NCBI RefSeq assembly: GCF_009914755.1
Contig: NC_060941.1
Strand: one strand, 5' to 3'
DNA from: the human T2T-CHM13v2.0 reference genome, Homo sapiens
Length of the DNA: 64,000 nucleotides
In this document: positions 39,831-55,164 of the stretch, one piece after another
Numbering within the stretch: position 1 is the stretch's first letter
Layout: every line of letters begins with the position of its first letter
Notes under the pieces: model-generated
The model's input: the letters and a program-made list of their open reading frames with translations, nothing else
Told to the model about the DNA's origin: nothing
Database searches by the model: none
Position numbers and translations under genes: made by a program

Positions 39831-40072
39831 CTGCAAGCAGCACCTTCACCACCATCTAATCTCATTTCCCATGGGAGGACCAAGCGTGGGGCTCAGAAAG
39901 AGTCTTGATACTTTTCCCTTCCTAGCTAATTAAGAACACTGGTCAAGAAATTTGGATTTCTCTCCTGCTTCTCTGCCAAGTCTTGCTTGCCCTTCTCTTA
40001 GCCTTTGAATTTTAGGTGACCTTGAGTAGCTAACTGTACCCTTTACTCATTCTTCCTGGCTCATGGGATTAA

Positions 40073-40417
<345 letters not shown>

Positions 40418-40818
40418 TAGATTTCTTCCATGTCATATTTGCTAATAGATCAGTCAGTTACTGCTACCATTGAATTTTTAACAATAGACATTAATAATTA
40501 TATTTAAAGGCAATATAGTGACCTTGGGGGTAAGGAAACCATAAAGGTATGTTATGGTGTTTCAGAAGGAGAAGGTTCAGTTTATCCTCCGGCTTGCAAG
40601 CAAGACTTTACATAAGCATTCCAGAATAATAATTCCTCCTCTCCCCAAGGGGTTCTTTAATGAGTAAATCCTTAATCTTTCTGAACCTTGATTGTCTCTT
40701 CTGCAAAGCAACATCCTTGTTGGGTTTTTGTGAGCTTTCTAAAGCTACTGTGCAAGAAAGATCCAGCTTGGTGCCCTGTACATAGTAGCCAAGCCTTTAC
40801 CATAAGTCAGTTCAGTTA

Positions 40819-41135
<317 letters not shown>

Positions 41136-42238
41136 AGCAACAGAGGAGGTTTTAGGAGGCGAAGAGCAAGGTGTATGGTCCCAGAAATAGCATCTGTTTT
41201 TGCTCTGTGCTTTGGTGTTTTGATTTGTGCACCCTGAGGAAGAGAGACAAGAGTACAATTTGGCTGCTAGTTTCAAGAGACAGTGATTTAGTAGGGAAGA
41301 TAAGACTTTTAGGCAAAGTGATGAGTGACAGGACAAACTAGCATGTTCTCAGTGTCAAATGACGGGTATATAGAGGCCTCCAATATCTGCTGAAAAGAGG
41401 AGGTTGAAAGATTAATCAAGAAAATGAATATAAATAAGGGAGCAGTATAGCCAATAAGAGCTGCCAGACCTCACAGGAAGAAGCCTTTGCTCAAGGCAAA
41501 GGTGCCTGGGGCGAGGCTTCTTGGAAGAGTTGTAGCCTGTGATGGGCCCGGAAGGAGGGGTGAGAGAGCCAGATTGGAGAGGTTAATGCCCCACAAAGTT
41601 ATAGAGGCAGGAATGCCCACAGGGTGTTTTAGGCAACAGGGTGTAGATCCAATTTGGCTGGTGCAGAAAATTCATATGAAGGAGTCAGGGAGATGAGTCA
41701 GAGAGGTTGGTGCCAGTCAGGCTGACAACTTCATGAGTACCAGGCTGCAGAGCTTGAACTTTATCCAGTAGGCAATAGGGAGCCATTGAAGGTTTTTCAG
41801 CAGGAAAGTGCATGTGAACATTTCCACTTGAGTTCAAGGTTGGATTTGAAACATTTTTAGAAACTTGACAATAGTTTCCTCTGGCAAGCCAGGATTTCCT
41901 TATTTTTATTATTTTGAAGATAAATACTCTCCCTTGAACATCAAACAGCTTTTCAAAACACGATGTTCTAATGATCTAGAGAAAGTAATTCAAAAACACA
42001 GGGTTTAGGTTTCATTTATAAAACCCATAATTTTGGTGATTGGGGGAAACACTCTTTGGCAAGGAAATAGTTTGAGGGATTTGACTGGTTCAGAATTTAA
42101 AAGTCCAAAAGCAGGCCTGGTCTCATAGGAGTAGAAAAATAGATTTTAATAAACCCAACTCATTAACGTTCATCACTTTTAAATGCCTCTATTTTATACA
42201 GCTTACTAGGTTTGCAAATAAGTATATTGAACCAGATG

Positions 42239-42239
<1 letters not shown>

Positions 42240-42275
<36 letters not shown>

Positions 42276-42287
42276 CATGTGTACGTG
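42240..42287. repeat. (TG)15(CG)3-containing alternating purine-pyrimidine tract
   Basis: 48 bp of uninterrupted alternation. Confidence 0.9.
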
Positions 42288-44452
42288 GGCATGCGTGCAT
42301 TTGGGTTTGTGGGTGGGGGTGGGAAGGTTAATGTCTCAGTGATACAAATAGTACCTGATTGTAAGGATTACCTGGGGCAGTAATATCAAGCTAAAAATAC
42401 TTAGCCAAGTTTCTGGCTAGCTTAAATAAGTTTTACTCCTGGGAAACAAAGGAGTCATTATTACAGTTTTGCATTCTTGAGTCCTGACCTTGTATTTGTG
42501 GCTCCCTTCTTCCCTGAAAACAGAACTGTACATCATGCTTAGATATGGGATGTGTGTGTGTGTGTTTCATATTGGGAGTACTAGTAAAGGAAAGGGACAT
42601 TGTGGGAGGGGATCGGATTGGGGGGGGGTTGGACTGCTGAATGTCAAGTGCATGAAATGACTTGCTCAAGCACCCCCTGAAGTGTGCTCTGATATCAAGC
42701 CAAGATTTCAGAAGGCTGAAAGAGTTGCCATAACCCAATCTAGTTCACTTAAATAGAAAATAGCTGTCAAGGTGGGCAATTTCACCTCCAGCTACATAGA
42801 GTAGACAATTACAGGAGTGTTGGCAGAATCGAGTGTCTGCTGGGGGAGAAACTATAGTATTTGTTTCTGTTAAATTGGCTTGTGGTGGGTACAGACTCCA
42901 TGACCGAATGTGGAAATTCCTAAAATGTTGGTTTTCCTTCTTTTCTGACTTTTACAAACTAATGTTACTCTCTTAACTCACTACCCATCCAATCTCATTT
43001 TCTTTCCTGAAAAACTACACAGCTCCCCTGTCACACAGGGTTCGTAAAAGTTTCGTTTTTAGAAGTTTAATCTGGGATTTGTTTCCTTAATGATCTTTGG
43101 AAGAATGCTTTGGAATTTGAGGTCTTATAATGAGACATGGCTTGTGGCTATTAAACCCTGTTGCCTCTCAAATTTTGCCTGGGAGACCCTAGATTCCTAA
43201 AAACAATGAGTGCATGCTACAGAAAGATGCTTCAGGGAGCTACAACACTAAATCATCTGTGACAAAATGTTCTCTTAGAAAGTGGAATTGCATAAATGGA
43301 TCAGCAGAAATAAATGCTTTGGCAGAAATTCCTTGAGTGGGGAAGAGCAATGCTTTCTTTTCTAATTAGCTCTGGGTAACAGTCTGCTGTGGTGTCTTTG
43401 CTGTGGAACCCAGGCATGGACAGTAGAGCAGGAAAGTCTCATCACTGCTCTCTAAGTGCTTCTGCACTTAATGGAAAGAGTTAAGCACGCCTGTCCATTT
43501 GTACCCAATAAATGCCTCTTGAATTGATTTGAGTGGGAAAAGCGAAGGTTTGTTTGGGGGAAGGATGCCACCAGGCCCTGACCAATGGGAATCAATGCAG
43601 CAAACCAGATGAACAAGATCATCTAGATATGCAGTAATCAGATTACCCAGAACAGAAATCTCAATACCCCAAGATATGAGGGGTTATTTTAAGGATAGTG
43701 GCAAACAGTTAAACTCAGCCTGCCCTGAGGATTGAGCAGAAGACTGAATTCACCTTAGTCATTATGATGTGGGCTGAGTTAGTAACACTGAAGGAGACCA
43801 TGCAGGCTTTTACTAGAGAACTATGAAAACAGGACAGAGATCTCAGATCCAATTAGTACTGGATCAAAATAGTATTGTTTTTAAAAGGCCAAAGGCCATT
43901 GAAAGATTTATAGAGGAAAGAGTAAGTAATATAAAATGTAAAGATGGAAATAAAGCCTTGAAAGAGTTCCTGAAGACAAGAAGAGAGAAATTTGCAGAAC
44001 TGACCTTGTAAGAATTTCATAAAATTCATTTCATTATGATTGATTTCTTTGTATTAGTACACCTTCCTGGGGAAGTGAGTATCTTTTTTCCTCATAAAAT
44101 CTAAAGCATGTTTATTTCAAATGGGCAGTGACAACTAAATGATTTAAAAATAATATTTATATTCATGTCAAAAAAGTTATTTTTAACATTATAAGTGAAA
44201 TTTACCCAAACATAGTAGGCCAGATAATGATATTTAGTTATTGGCTTCCTGGAAGACTGATGACAGGAAGATTCAGTATTACACAAACTAGGTATAAAGA
44301 AGCAATTTAGGTCTACTTATTTTATTTCTCCTTTGAACCTCTCACTTGCCTGACAGTAGCATTGCATTGATTGAGATTTTATGATCATTTTATCTTGAAT
44401 TGGTTAAACTAAAATTTATATCTTTGTCTTCTTTATAAAGAAAGATATTACT

Positions 44453-44605
44453 AGCTGGGCACAGTGGCTCACACCTGTAATCCCAGTGCTTTGGGTGGCC
44501 AAGGTGGGAAGATCACTTGAGGCCAAGAGTTCAAGACCAACCTGGGTAACCGAGTGAGACCCCATCTCTACATTATATATATATATTTTTAATTTAAAAA
44601 GAAAA
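44453..44605 (+). mobile_element. Alu monomer (FLAM-like) with (AT)n tail
   Basis: Left-arm sequence only; TSD aaa(g/a)atattac. Confidence 0.8.
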
Positions 44606-46213
44606 AATATTACCAAACAGATTAATTATGCAAACATAATTTTGGGACACAGAGTTAACTTGAGGACAAAATAGTTTTTAAAGATTTTAACTGTGTATAT
44701 ATAAATTAATATCCTGAACCACAAGTGCGTATTAGTGAATAGCAAAAGAATTTTTTTCATTCTGACATTTCAGTAATTCAGATTAGCATTCCCACCAAAT
44801 TGTTGCCAGTTATCTCCATCTGTCCCCTTCTCCATTCCCCCCCACCACTCAATTTTCATATCTTTAAAATTAAATTTTCATATAAGTATATGGAACCAAA
44901 ATATTATTTTCATTCATTTACCTGCCACCAGAGAGGATGTCATCAGCCAACCCGCAAAGGTGGTGGGATCTACCAGCCATATAACTCTTCTGCATTTGTT
45001 CCCTCCATTGTAAGTGAGGGTGCTGATACCTGCTTCAGAGGATTCCTGGAGAAGTAAATGAGATGATACATGTACAGCACTTAGAACAGTGCTCAGTATA
45101 TAAATGGCAGCTTTCAGCAGTTTTATTTTTATTCTACAATTACTATTCCTTCTCTTCTTCCACCTCCATGGCTATTTTATGGACACTTAAGTAGGAACAC
45201 ATCTTGTGTTACAGCAATGCTATAGCAGTGATGGCCTGGAAACTGCTTTTGAGTTATTGCAGGGAAGAAAGGATCAGGAAGAGATACAGCAGGTGAGCAC
45301 CCTGTGTTTTTACACCTGTGAGAAGATACATCCCACCTCAAACACCATTTGTGGTCCTATCACCCTAGCATGTCACAGTGTAATTGCCTGCTTTCTTGGA
45401 TAGCTCTTTGAATAGATGTATGCTCTGTGAGCCCTGGCTGTGTCTTCCATCTCCATATGCCCTGCTGTGCCTGCATATGTCTTCTGGTGCTATGCCTGGA
45501 AGATCTTGAGTGGGTAAGGGTGAAAGGGAATTTAGAATACATTTCCTTTGGTGCTCTAGAGCCTTTCCAACATACTGCCAGATTTGTGTTTTAGGTTTCT
45601 TCTTTTTACCCTTGGTGACACTTCTGGGCCATAAAGTAGTGAACTGGCTGTCCTCTAGTTGTTGATGGGCTCTTGAGTGATGTGGAGGCAGGATAATGGG
45701 TTTTCAATGGTCACAAAACTCCCTGGCCTTCTGCTCTCCTTAGTGTGAGTCTCTCAAATACATAATTCTTAACTCTCCTTTCTCTGTACCAGAGGGAAAC
45801 GTGGCAGAGAGGGGTCCAGATAGGAAAGAATGGACTCTTCTGCTGAAGTGAAATGGAAATACAAGGAAATTGTAAAAACAAAAATAGATTATTTGGAAGA
45901 AATGTCTAAAAACGGTTTTTACACAAAGGGGACAACTAGAAGTTGATCGATTTAAGAATTGAGATTAACCTGGTATGACTTTGGTTTCCAGCTAGATTAC
46001 AGCTGTGGGGTTCTTGGCCCTTGGCATGGGTCACGCTTGATACAGTATGTTGTGCACTGTACATGTGGATGTGGCAGGGTAAGGCTTTTAAAGGTACAGC
46101 AGTCTTGAGGGATTACAAAGTACATCAGCATGAAACTAGGCAAGATTTTAGCCTCTTGTGAGGGATGTTGAATTTCAGCTAAAGCTCCCTCAGCATATTT
46201 TTGTATCCCATCA

Positions 46214-46558
<345 letters not shown>

Positions 46559-49500
46559 TTATAAAAGAGTGAACACAATGCTCCTAAGTTTAAATCAGAT
46601 AAATTCAGTATGAAATCATAGCAATAGCCATTATGTGTTAAAACCAGCATTGTCCTAAACACTGACTGTAAGTAGTTGTAGCAAATCAACTCATATTAGA
46701 AATGATATTGGTCCCTGGAATTTAGTCTGTTCCCAAGAGGACTGAATGTTGTGAATACATTGCCAAAGTATGTTTTCTTTTTTTCTCCATCAGCCCTTCC
46801 ATTCTGACTACAGGCAGCTTAAAAATAAATTTGGGCATATCTCAGTGGCCAAAAACCATGGAGATCAGGATGAAATCATTTTCAAGGCAGAAATAACAGG
46901 CGTTGATAAAGATATTCAGAGAAACACAGTCCTAATAGCATCGGCACGTGATTGTGGGGCCCTTTAGTCACCAAGCTAAATTGAATTTGGAATCAGGGGT
47001 CTACTGAAAAGCCAGGAAACTTTTGAGCAAGTCACTTGAATTCTGAGCCCCCATTTCCTCATCCAGAACATGATGGCCTATTTTGCAGGATTGTCATGCA
47101 AGTTAAATTACATTAAACAAGCTATCAGTAAAAAGGATGTGGGACTGTGCCTACTCGGATTGTCACCCAGTGAGTTTTAATTCGGAGTCCGAATCTGGTA
47201 TTTAAAGGCCACGTTCTAAAATGCACTTGTAGTTAATATCTTTGGAGTCTTGCTTCCAGGTTTTTGAGTTGCTGGACTGGGTCTTTGTAAGCTCCGTGAT
47301 GCTGCTTTGGGAACACAAGAGATCTAATCTGTAGTCCTGGCTATGCTATTAATTGCAAGTATAACCTTAGGTGTTCAGCTTCTCTGGCTTTTACTTCTTC
47401 ATCTGTAAAATGGGAATAATCTACGTCCTTCTAACTTACAAGTATGTCATAATAGAAAACTGACCAAACAGTTTACATCAGTGTCCATTATTATTTCCAT
47501 TGGCTTTTAGGCGGCAAGAGATGGAAAACACGTAGCAACAATTTCAAAGGTAGGCCAGTTCCAAAGAGCACTGAACTTGGAGTCAGCCAATCTAGGTTCT
47601 AAAGCCAGTTTGTCAGCATTAGATGTCTCTGGACAGGACAGGTCACCAAATCTCTCAAAGCCTAATTTTTCTTGTCTATAAAATGTAGGTGCTGTTTCTA
47701 GCTCTACGACTCTGTGTTCAAAGACTACTATGTGCTGGAAGACGACTAACATTCACATTTTGGTGAATGTCTAAAAAAATTTAAAGCCTCTTGGGGGTAA
47801 TGGAGCTGCTCCCAAGCCAAGTAGTAGATGGATTAAGAATCTGACATTCTTCCACTCATAAAGGATGACAGAGTTTAAAAACTAACGCTGAAAAGCAAAA
47901 AACATTTGACACCTTTTGGAATAAAAAAATCAACAATAATCAAGCTAGTTACTTCCTTAAAAAATGGTCTTCATGCCGAATGGAAACCACCAGATTCTCT
48001 CTGGTGTTCAGCATTCCAGAACAACCCTGAAAATAAATTATCTGGCTGGAATCATTGCTCCAACGGTTGGATTTCTTAGTGGTCGTTTACTAGCCAGACA
48101 AAATAATTTTTTTATAAAGAAAAGAAAAAAAAAAGGAAAGCCCACAGAAGGAAACACCCCAGGGCCCACTGCTGGCTCTTTTGATGGCAACTTTTCTAGG
48201 AGGACAGTGGCCAGAGGGGGCCTTTGGCTGCTCCTCTAGGTGGCTGGAGTCAGGTTTGTAGGACCTGCCTGTGATAGTAGGTTTCATCTTGCAACTGGCT
48301 CTGATGGATTAGTAGGTGCCTGAGAAGTCATTTTGAAAGGGTCTGAGGCTCGGTCTGGGCTCAGTGAAGAGTTCTGTGATTAATTAGTGATGTCTGCCCT
48401 TGGCTTGGGTGGGGCAGTACTGGTGCCTGGTGTTTTCTGTCCTGCCAGAGCAGGTTTGGAAGATCCTTTAGTAGTTGTCCTTCTACTGGGCAGCAGATCA
48501 AGGACTCAGGCCGGTGTTGCTTCCGATGTCCTGGAAAAGTGTTTTCTGAGCCTCCAGCACATAATGTTTTACTCTCTGAAGGAGGCTTATTCTGATTAGC
48601 TTAACAGAGGGTATGGAAGAAAGGAAGTCTATTGATTCAGCTCCTTGGTCACGAGACAGGAATTGCAAGGTGGAGGGAAGCTGTAATTCCAACACGTAAG
48701 TCCATGGATACTCCAGTAAAGCACAGGCATAGGTGCCACTGATCCAGCAGAGGCAGCCACAAACCACAGGCCCTGGTAAGCTGCCTGTGGCCAGAGGTCA
48801 TGGCTGCAGATTCCAGGGAAACTGCGTCCTCGGTAGGCAGTCAGCCGTACACTCCATACTTGCGATTCTTGATATTTGAAATCAAAATCAAAGTGCAGCC
48901 ACTTTCTTTAAGGAAGCTTTGGAGAACTTGCCAGTCTGTTTAGGATTGAAGGTGATTCTCAGTTATCCATGCTAAAGGAACAGATAATCTGAAGTTTATT
49001 TCTCCTCAGCTGTGGAACGTGCTTTGCGTTTTTGTGCTGTTGATCTGCTTTCCTGGTAAGGTTTGAACTCTTCAGATTTTTCTTTCTATAAAGAACGGTT
49101 GAGGGGGAGTGTAGTGCTTTTTGCAGCTCCCCCAGTATGTTTCTAACATAGCCAGCCAAATGTCTCTGAGCCCTTCCAGCCTCCTAACTTTAAATCCATG
49201 AACTGCACCAGGGAAATAATCAACCAGTTGCAATTTGTTGAGCACTTACTGTGTGCTCCCTGGGATCCAGGTAACTGTGTGACAAGGACTTGATCCAAGA
49301 GTGTGTTGGGCAATAGGGTGAAGTGGGCTCCAGGTTAAACATTGGCTATAGGGATTTACAAAAGAGTTCACTGAGAGTGGGCCTGACTTCCTCTGCTACT
49401 GCTGTTTCCTGTTGTTTCCAGTAACTGCACTTGAGCTCTGCATACGGTTAACTTTCAATTATCCTGAGGCTGATTAACTGGTTTGCAGATTAACCAAGGT

Positions 49501-52500
49501 GAAGGCTCACCTGGGCCTGGGAGTCGCTCATCAACTCAGCTGCTCCATAATTAGCTGGTGATGGCTGATTGCCTGCCCCATGGTTGGGAAGCCTGGGCAC
49601 TGGGCGACTGCAGGGGAGGGGGACCAAGGGATGACTTCTTCCAGGACCTTCTACTCTCTCCAACCAGAGGTGCCCTCTAGCCCTGTAAACTTCTGCATTC
49701 TCCAGCACAGTTCCTGAGAGGTTCAGAAGTTACCTGGGTCCTGGTGCTCTGCTCCTGCTACCTTTCAGCTCCTGCCCCCAACACCCTGTTCAAATTGGGA
49801 ACAAGTTGACCACAGGGCACAGTGAATTTGAAAGTCCGGAGATTAAGTCATATGTTGAAAGAGGGCCCAGTGAGCAGGGGCCACTAATCCCCTTTCTTCC
49901 TCAACCTAGGAACCTCCTCCCTTCCCAAGATATAGATATATATAGATTGAGACCCTGAGCAATGGATCTCTTTTGAGGCCAGTGGAGACCAAGACCACTG
50001 AAGCAAGGAGTCAGGGACTGCCCACAACAGCAAAGCTCCCCAGAGTCCAGGCCACCCCATGGTGATTGTTTGGGTTCCCTGTGATTGCCTCCCATGGCTG
50101 CCCTCGTTCATAGAGAGTTGACTGCATTTGCCTGGGTCCCTGTGGGGTGAGAGTATGGAAGTATGTGTATTAGTCACACCTTACACCAGACCAGAAGATA
50201 TACAGTTTAACCTAGGAGTCAAGCTCCTGCTATATTTGGAATGGTCTCAGTTTTGAGACGTGGTACCTTGGATCCCAGGTATATCCAAAGTCTTGAGAGT
50301 GTCCATTGAGGACTTTGGTCTGTAGCCACCAAGAAAGAGTAAACATTTGTGCAGGATCATGTTTGATGGGATTCCATGGATTGTTTTCATTTCTTAAGCA
50401 GCATTCCCCTGAGCCTTTGACATGTCTTTCCATCTCTGGCTGTGTTCTCACTTGCATTTGCCAGGCCTGCAATGCCTCTGCCTTGATACAACACAGTGTG
50501 CCAGCAGCTGCAGTCCCTTTTCAGCCAGGGCCATGGGTTTCCTTGGGTCCTTCTCTCTGGCTCACGTTTTCCAGGGCTGTTGGTGTGTACAGTCTAGAGA
50601 TCACATTTTATTAACACAAAGAAATCTGCTTGGGCTGCCTGGCTCTTGCAGTCACGTGGAGAGAAATGTGTTCCTTTGGTCCTTCAGCCTGCAGCACTCT
50701 GTGCAAAATACAGCAGAGAGCTGGGCACTGGGCCAAGCTTACATTTCACTTCGGAACACACTTTCGCATCACTCCTTGGCAGAACATCCACGGTGGTGTC
50801 TATTTGGGGAGTAAGTTAGAGAAGTGTTGTTTGCCTCTTATGAGTGTCGAGAGATAGGACCTTTAGAAAATGTTTTACTTTTGCGCCTGTCTTCATCTTC
50901 TTCGCGGTGCCCAGGTACTGAGGTGATCCAGCTAAATGTGGCAGTGATGCCTGAGAGAAGCCCCTTCCTTCCTCGGGCCACCCTTTTCTCTTGCAAAATC
51001 AGTAAACAGAGCCAGGACTGCCTGGGACAGGGAAACTTAGGCCAAGGTAATAACATCAAAACCAAAGTCCTGGAACTCTTGAGTAAGCTAGTTACCCTCC
51101 CAGATAAAACAACTTTGTTGTCCAAATCTTCTTTCCAAAGATCTAAGACCTTTCTAATGTTGGTCCAAGGCCAGCCATGGAAGGAAGGAACTTCAGCAAG
51201 CCGCCTGGAATGGCAAACACTGTTAAAATAAACAAATGGACCTTTGCCATTTGGTTTTCCCTGACTTGTCTATTTTTATTTCTTTTCTCCCCCCACCCTT
51301 GTACTTTACCTCTCGATAGTACCCCCCTTTCTCCACCCCTACTCCCATTCTCATCTCACTTTTCTCAGGGGCCAAGCTGGCTGTTTTGCCTTCAGTAAAA
51401 CAAATATCTAATTTCAAAAAGAGGAATTAGGAGAAAGAGGTGGTATAATTCATTTCTTGGGGTAATCTCGCTTCCCTCAGCTCCTCTATTGTCTGTTCTT
51501 GTAGGTGGCCACCTGAAGCTTGACTTGCTTTTGAAAATAAAGTTGGTTTTGGAATTTTAAACCTTCCTTAGGAAAGACTTGAATGGTTAGAAAACAAAGA
51601 TTTATTGGAATAATAATGACGTTTCTTTTCTCAATGAAATAGACCCCTCTCATAACAAACGGTTGAAAATAAACTCTTTTTCCCCATCACACCAAGCCAT
51701 AAATTCCATAAGGATTTCCCAGCGCCAAGCCTTATTCAGAGTCTTATATTTACTGCTTTGGAATGTTACTTTTGCCATCAGTATCATCCAGCCAAGCAAC
51801 AACCAATCAAGACTTACAGAAACTTTTCCAGCTAGATGCATGTGCCAGGCTGCTTCTTCCTTCCATGATGGAAGGCCTCCCTTGTCATAGAGGATGCCCA
51901 AAATCTCAGGGACTGGGATACAGCCTCCTGCCAGTCTGTGGGTACAGTCTTTGCTTACTCTGCAGAAGGGAGGTGACAGAAACCCATTCCACCTGTCTCA
52001 GAAACCTGCTGGTAATTAACTTTAAAAATAATGCCAAGTTCTCACGTGGCTGGTAGATGCATTAGCTCAATCAGGGGGGAGGCAGGGGAGAAGCATGCTG
52101 CTTCAAAGAGTAATACTGTTGCAATCACATTAGTCATTCCAGGGGAGGTTAGATAAGGTTATTGAAAAGGTGAAGTCACCCTGTACATTGAAAGAGGTCT
52201 TCTGAAAGTGTTGAGAAATAGTTGAAGTTCAGAAGTTTTATTTGGAGCTTTGCTCCCCCTTCCCCTTGTAAATAAGACCAGTATTTTTTAAAAGCCACAT
52301 TTTCTTTGTTTGATCGATGAACACTCTCATAGTTGATGATTGAGAGTCATCTACAGCCAGTATCAAGGGTCAGTTCTGCATTACTCGTGTAGATTATCTC
52401 TTTGGTATACTAGCCATGGTCAATGTGTAAGCCCTGGCCAGTTGCCACCCAGCATAACAACACCATAAGGCATCTACCCCCTGCCTGCACTTGGGAAGTG

Positions 52501-53120
52501 TTCAGGGAATGTAATTTCATTTTATAATTAAGTGAAACAATGCACAGTGCATTTCCTTGGTGGATTCTAACAGCAGGACAGTTATTATTCAGAAAGGACT
52601 GTGTCTGGACTACTTTGAGAATCAGTAGTTTAAGTTGTTGCACCTGTGTTTGGCCTATCCTCATACCAGTGTAAATACTTCAATCCTGCAAGATTTTCTC
52701 ATTTTGCATAAAACAGGTGAAGGTTTGTTGAAGTCCATCTTCCAAACTCCCAAAGTACTCTGGATACCTTGGTAGGTCCTTGTGGACTCCCTGTTGTTGA
52801 CTTGCAGGTTTCCCAGAGGTGGGGACTGGCTTTTATCTCCAGCACCTAGGCAGCTGCTTTGTACCAGAGTTGATATACAGGAAACATTTGTTGAGTGAAT
52901 GAAGTAACAAAGATACTAATTTCATTAGAAATGGTTTGAAATGAGTGCTTGTGTTGGCAGAATTTTGTCCAACATGGTTGGTCTTTGCAAAGGGTTATGA
53001 TAGTATGATGCACGCCTTTGGGCCAGATGTGAGTCAGGATGGTCTTGGAGGAGGCGAAGTGCAGATATACCCCTGCTGATAGGCTCCTCATAATACTTCA
53101 GTGAGCTGTTTTTCTCGTGA

Positions 53121-53443
<323 letters not shown>

Positions 53444-53475
53444 AGTTTCACTGTTTTCTGATTGGTAAACATTCA

Positions 53476-53780
<305 letters not shown>

Positions 53781-55164
53781 AGATTCAAGAATGAAGAGTG
53801 TTTTCAGAGAAGAGGATTTAGATGCTTACAAATAAAAGTGGATATTGACCCCCCAATTTTCCACCCTTTAATCACAGAGACATGATTGGAAGTCAGCAGC
53901 TCCAGCCTGCATGTTCCCAGATCACCTGTAAGAGTTCTTAAAACTCATCCCACAGGTTCTTAATTGGGATTTTTAACTGGGTAAGTAGAGAAGCTCCATG
54001 TTGGGTGTGGGGAAGGGAGGATGCAGATGGATATAAATTTTTTTAAAAAAACATCAACTTATGTTTCTTTGGTTAATAGATGCAGGAGAATGCCTCTTCT
54101 CTCCATGTGGCATGTCAGGGTATAGCTTCTTTGAGCACAGGATTTGGTTTACAGAATGGCATGTCTCCCCATGCCAGCCAGTGATAAGGGGCACTAAAAC
54201 AGACTTGGCCTTGCTAAAGGCTTCCAAGCACCAGGCCATGAGCAGTTGACCCCACCACAGAGGTATGTACAGCTGGCAGGAAGCTGCCCTTCTGGTTCAC
54301 TGACTCAAGAGTTGGAGCAGATTGATCCCTGGATTTGCAGTGCCCTCAATATCGCTGCACAGAATTCATTCTATGTACCCCAGGCCCTATGTGCCCACAG
54401 CAGGAAATATAGTGTGAGCCTCTGGCAATATCCAGAGTTGCTTGAGCCTCCTCACATTTGCTTCTCCTATTCAGTTTAGTGTGCCTCAGTTTACTAATAT
54501 GCTGGGGAAAATAACACCCCTCTTGCCAAGGTGAGATAGCAGAGTTCTCTGCATAAAATAGTGCATAAAATTATTCCTATGACAAGGCATTTGAAAAATT
54601 ACTTTGAGAATGACTTAAAATACAGAACAATTTTTTTAAATGTGGCAAACATCCTTATTCTTATCACCCAGAATTAACAATTCAGTACAGTTGCCATATA
54701 TTCATATATAAATTTACCTATATATTCATATGTGAATCTAGACATTGCAGATTCACTTGGGGGTCTCAGGGAACTTTTTATAAAAAGAAATGCATTTAGT
54801 TCGTAAGGCCTGATTGAGATAATTCCAAGTCTGTTTTCTCAGCTCTTAATCCTTCCTAACACTTTGCATTCATTGTATTAATAAATAAGCCTGTTTTCAG
54901 CCTAGTTAGAAAAAAAAAGGCCAGCCTCATTCATTAGAATTCTGCGTTCCCTTTGGTTATTCTTTGTTGGAGAGAAGGGGGCTCACTGGTACAGAATTCC
55001 AAGATATTTCGCTTTGGAATGTGAAAGGAGTCTCTCTTGACAACCCAAGGAGAACCTGCCTCAGAATGATCTTTCTTCCTCAGTGCTGAAAAAGAAAACC
55101 AGACAAATAAGCACAACCAACATTAACAGAAGGCCTTGGTACAGCCTCAAGAATTAAAGTGCTG

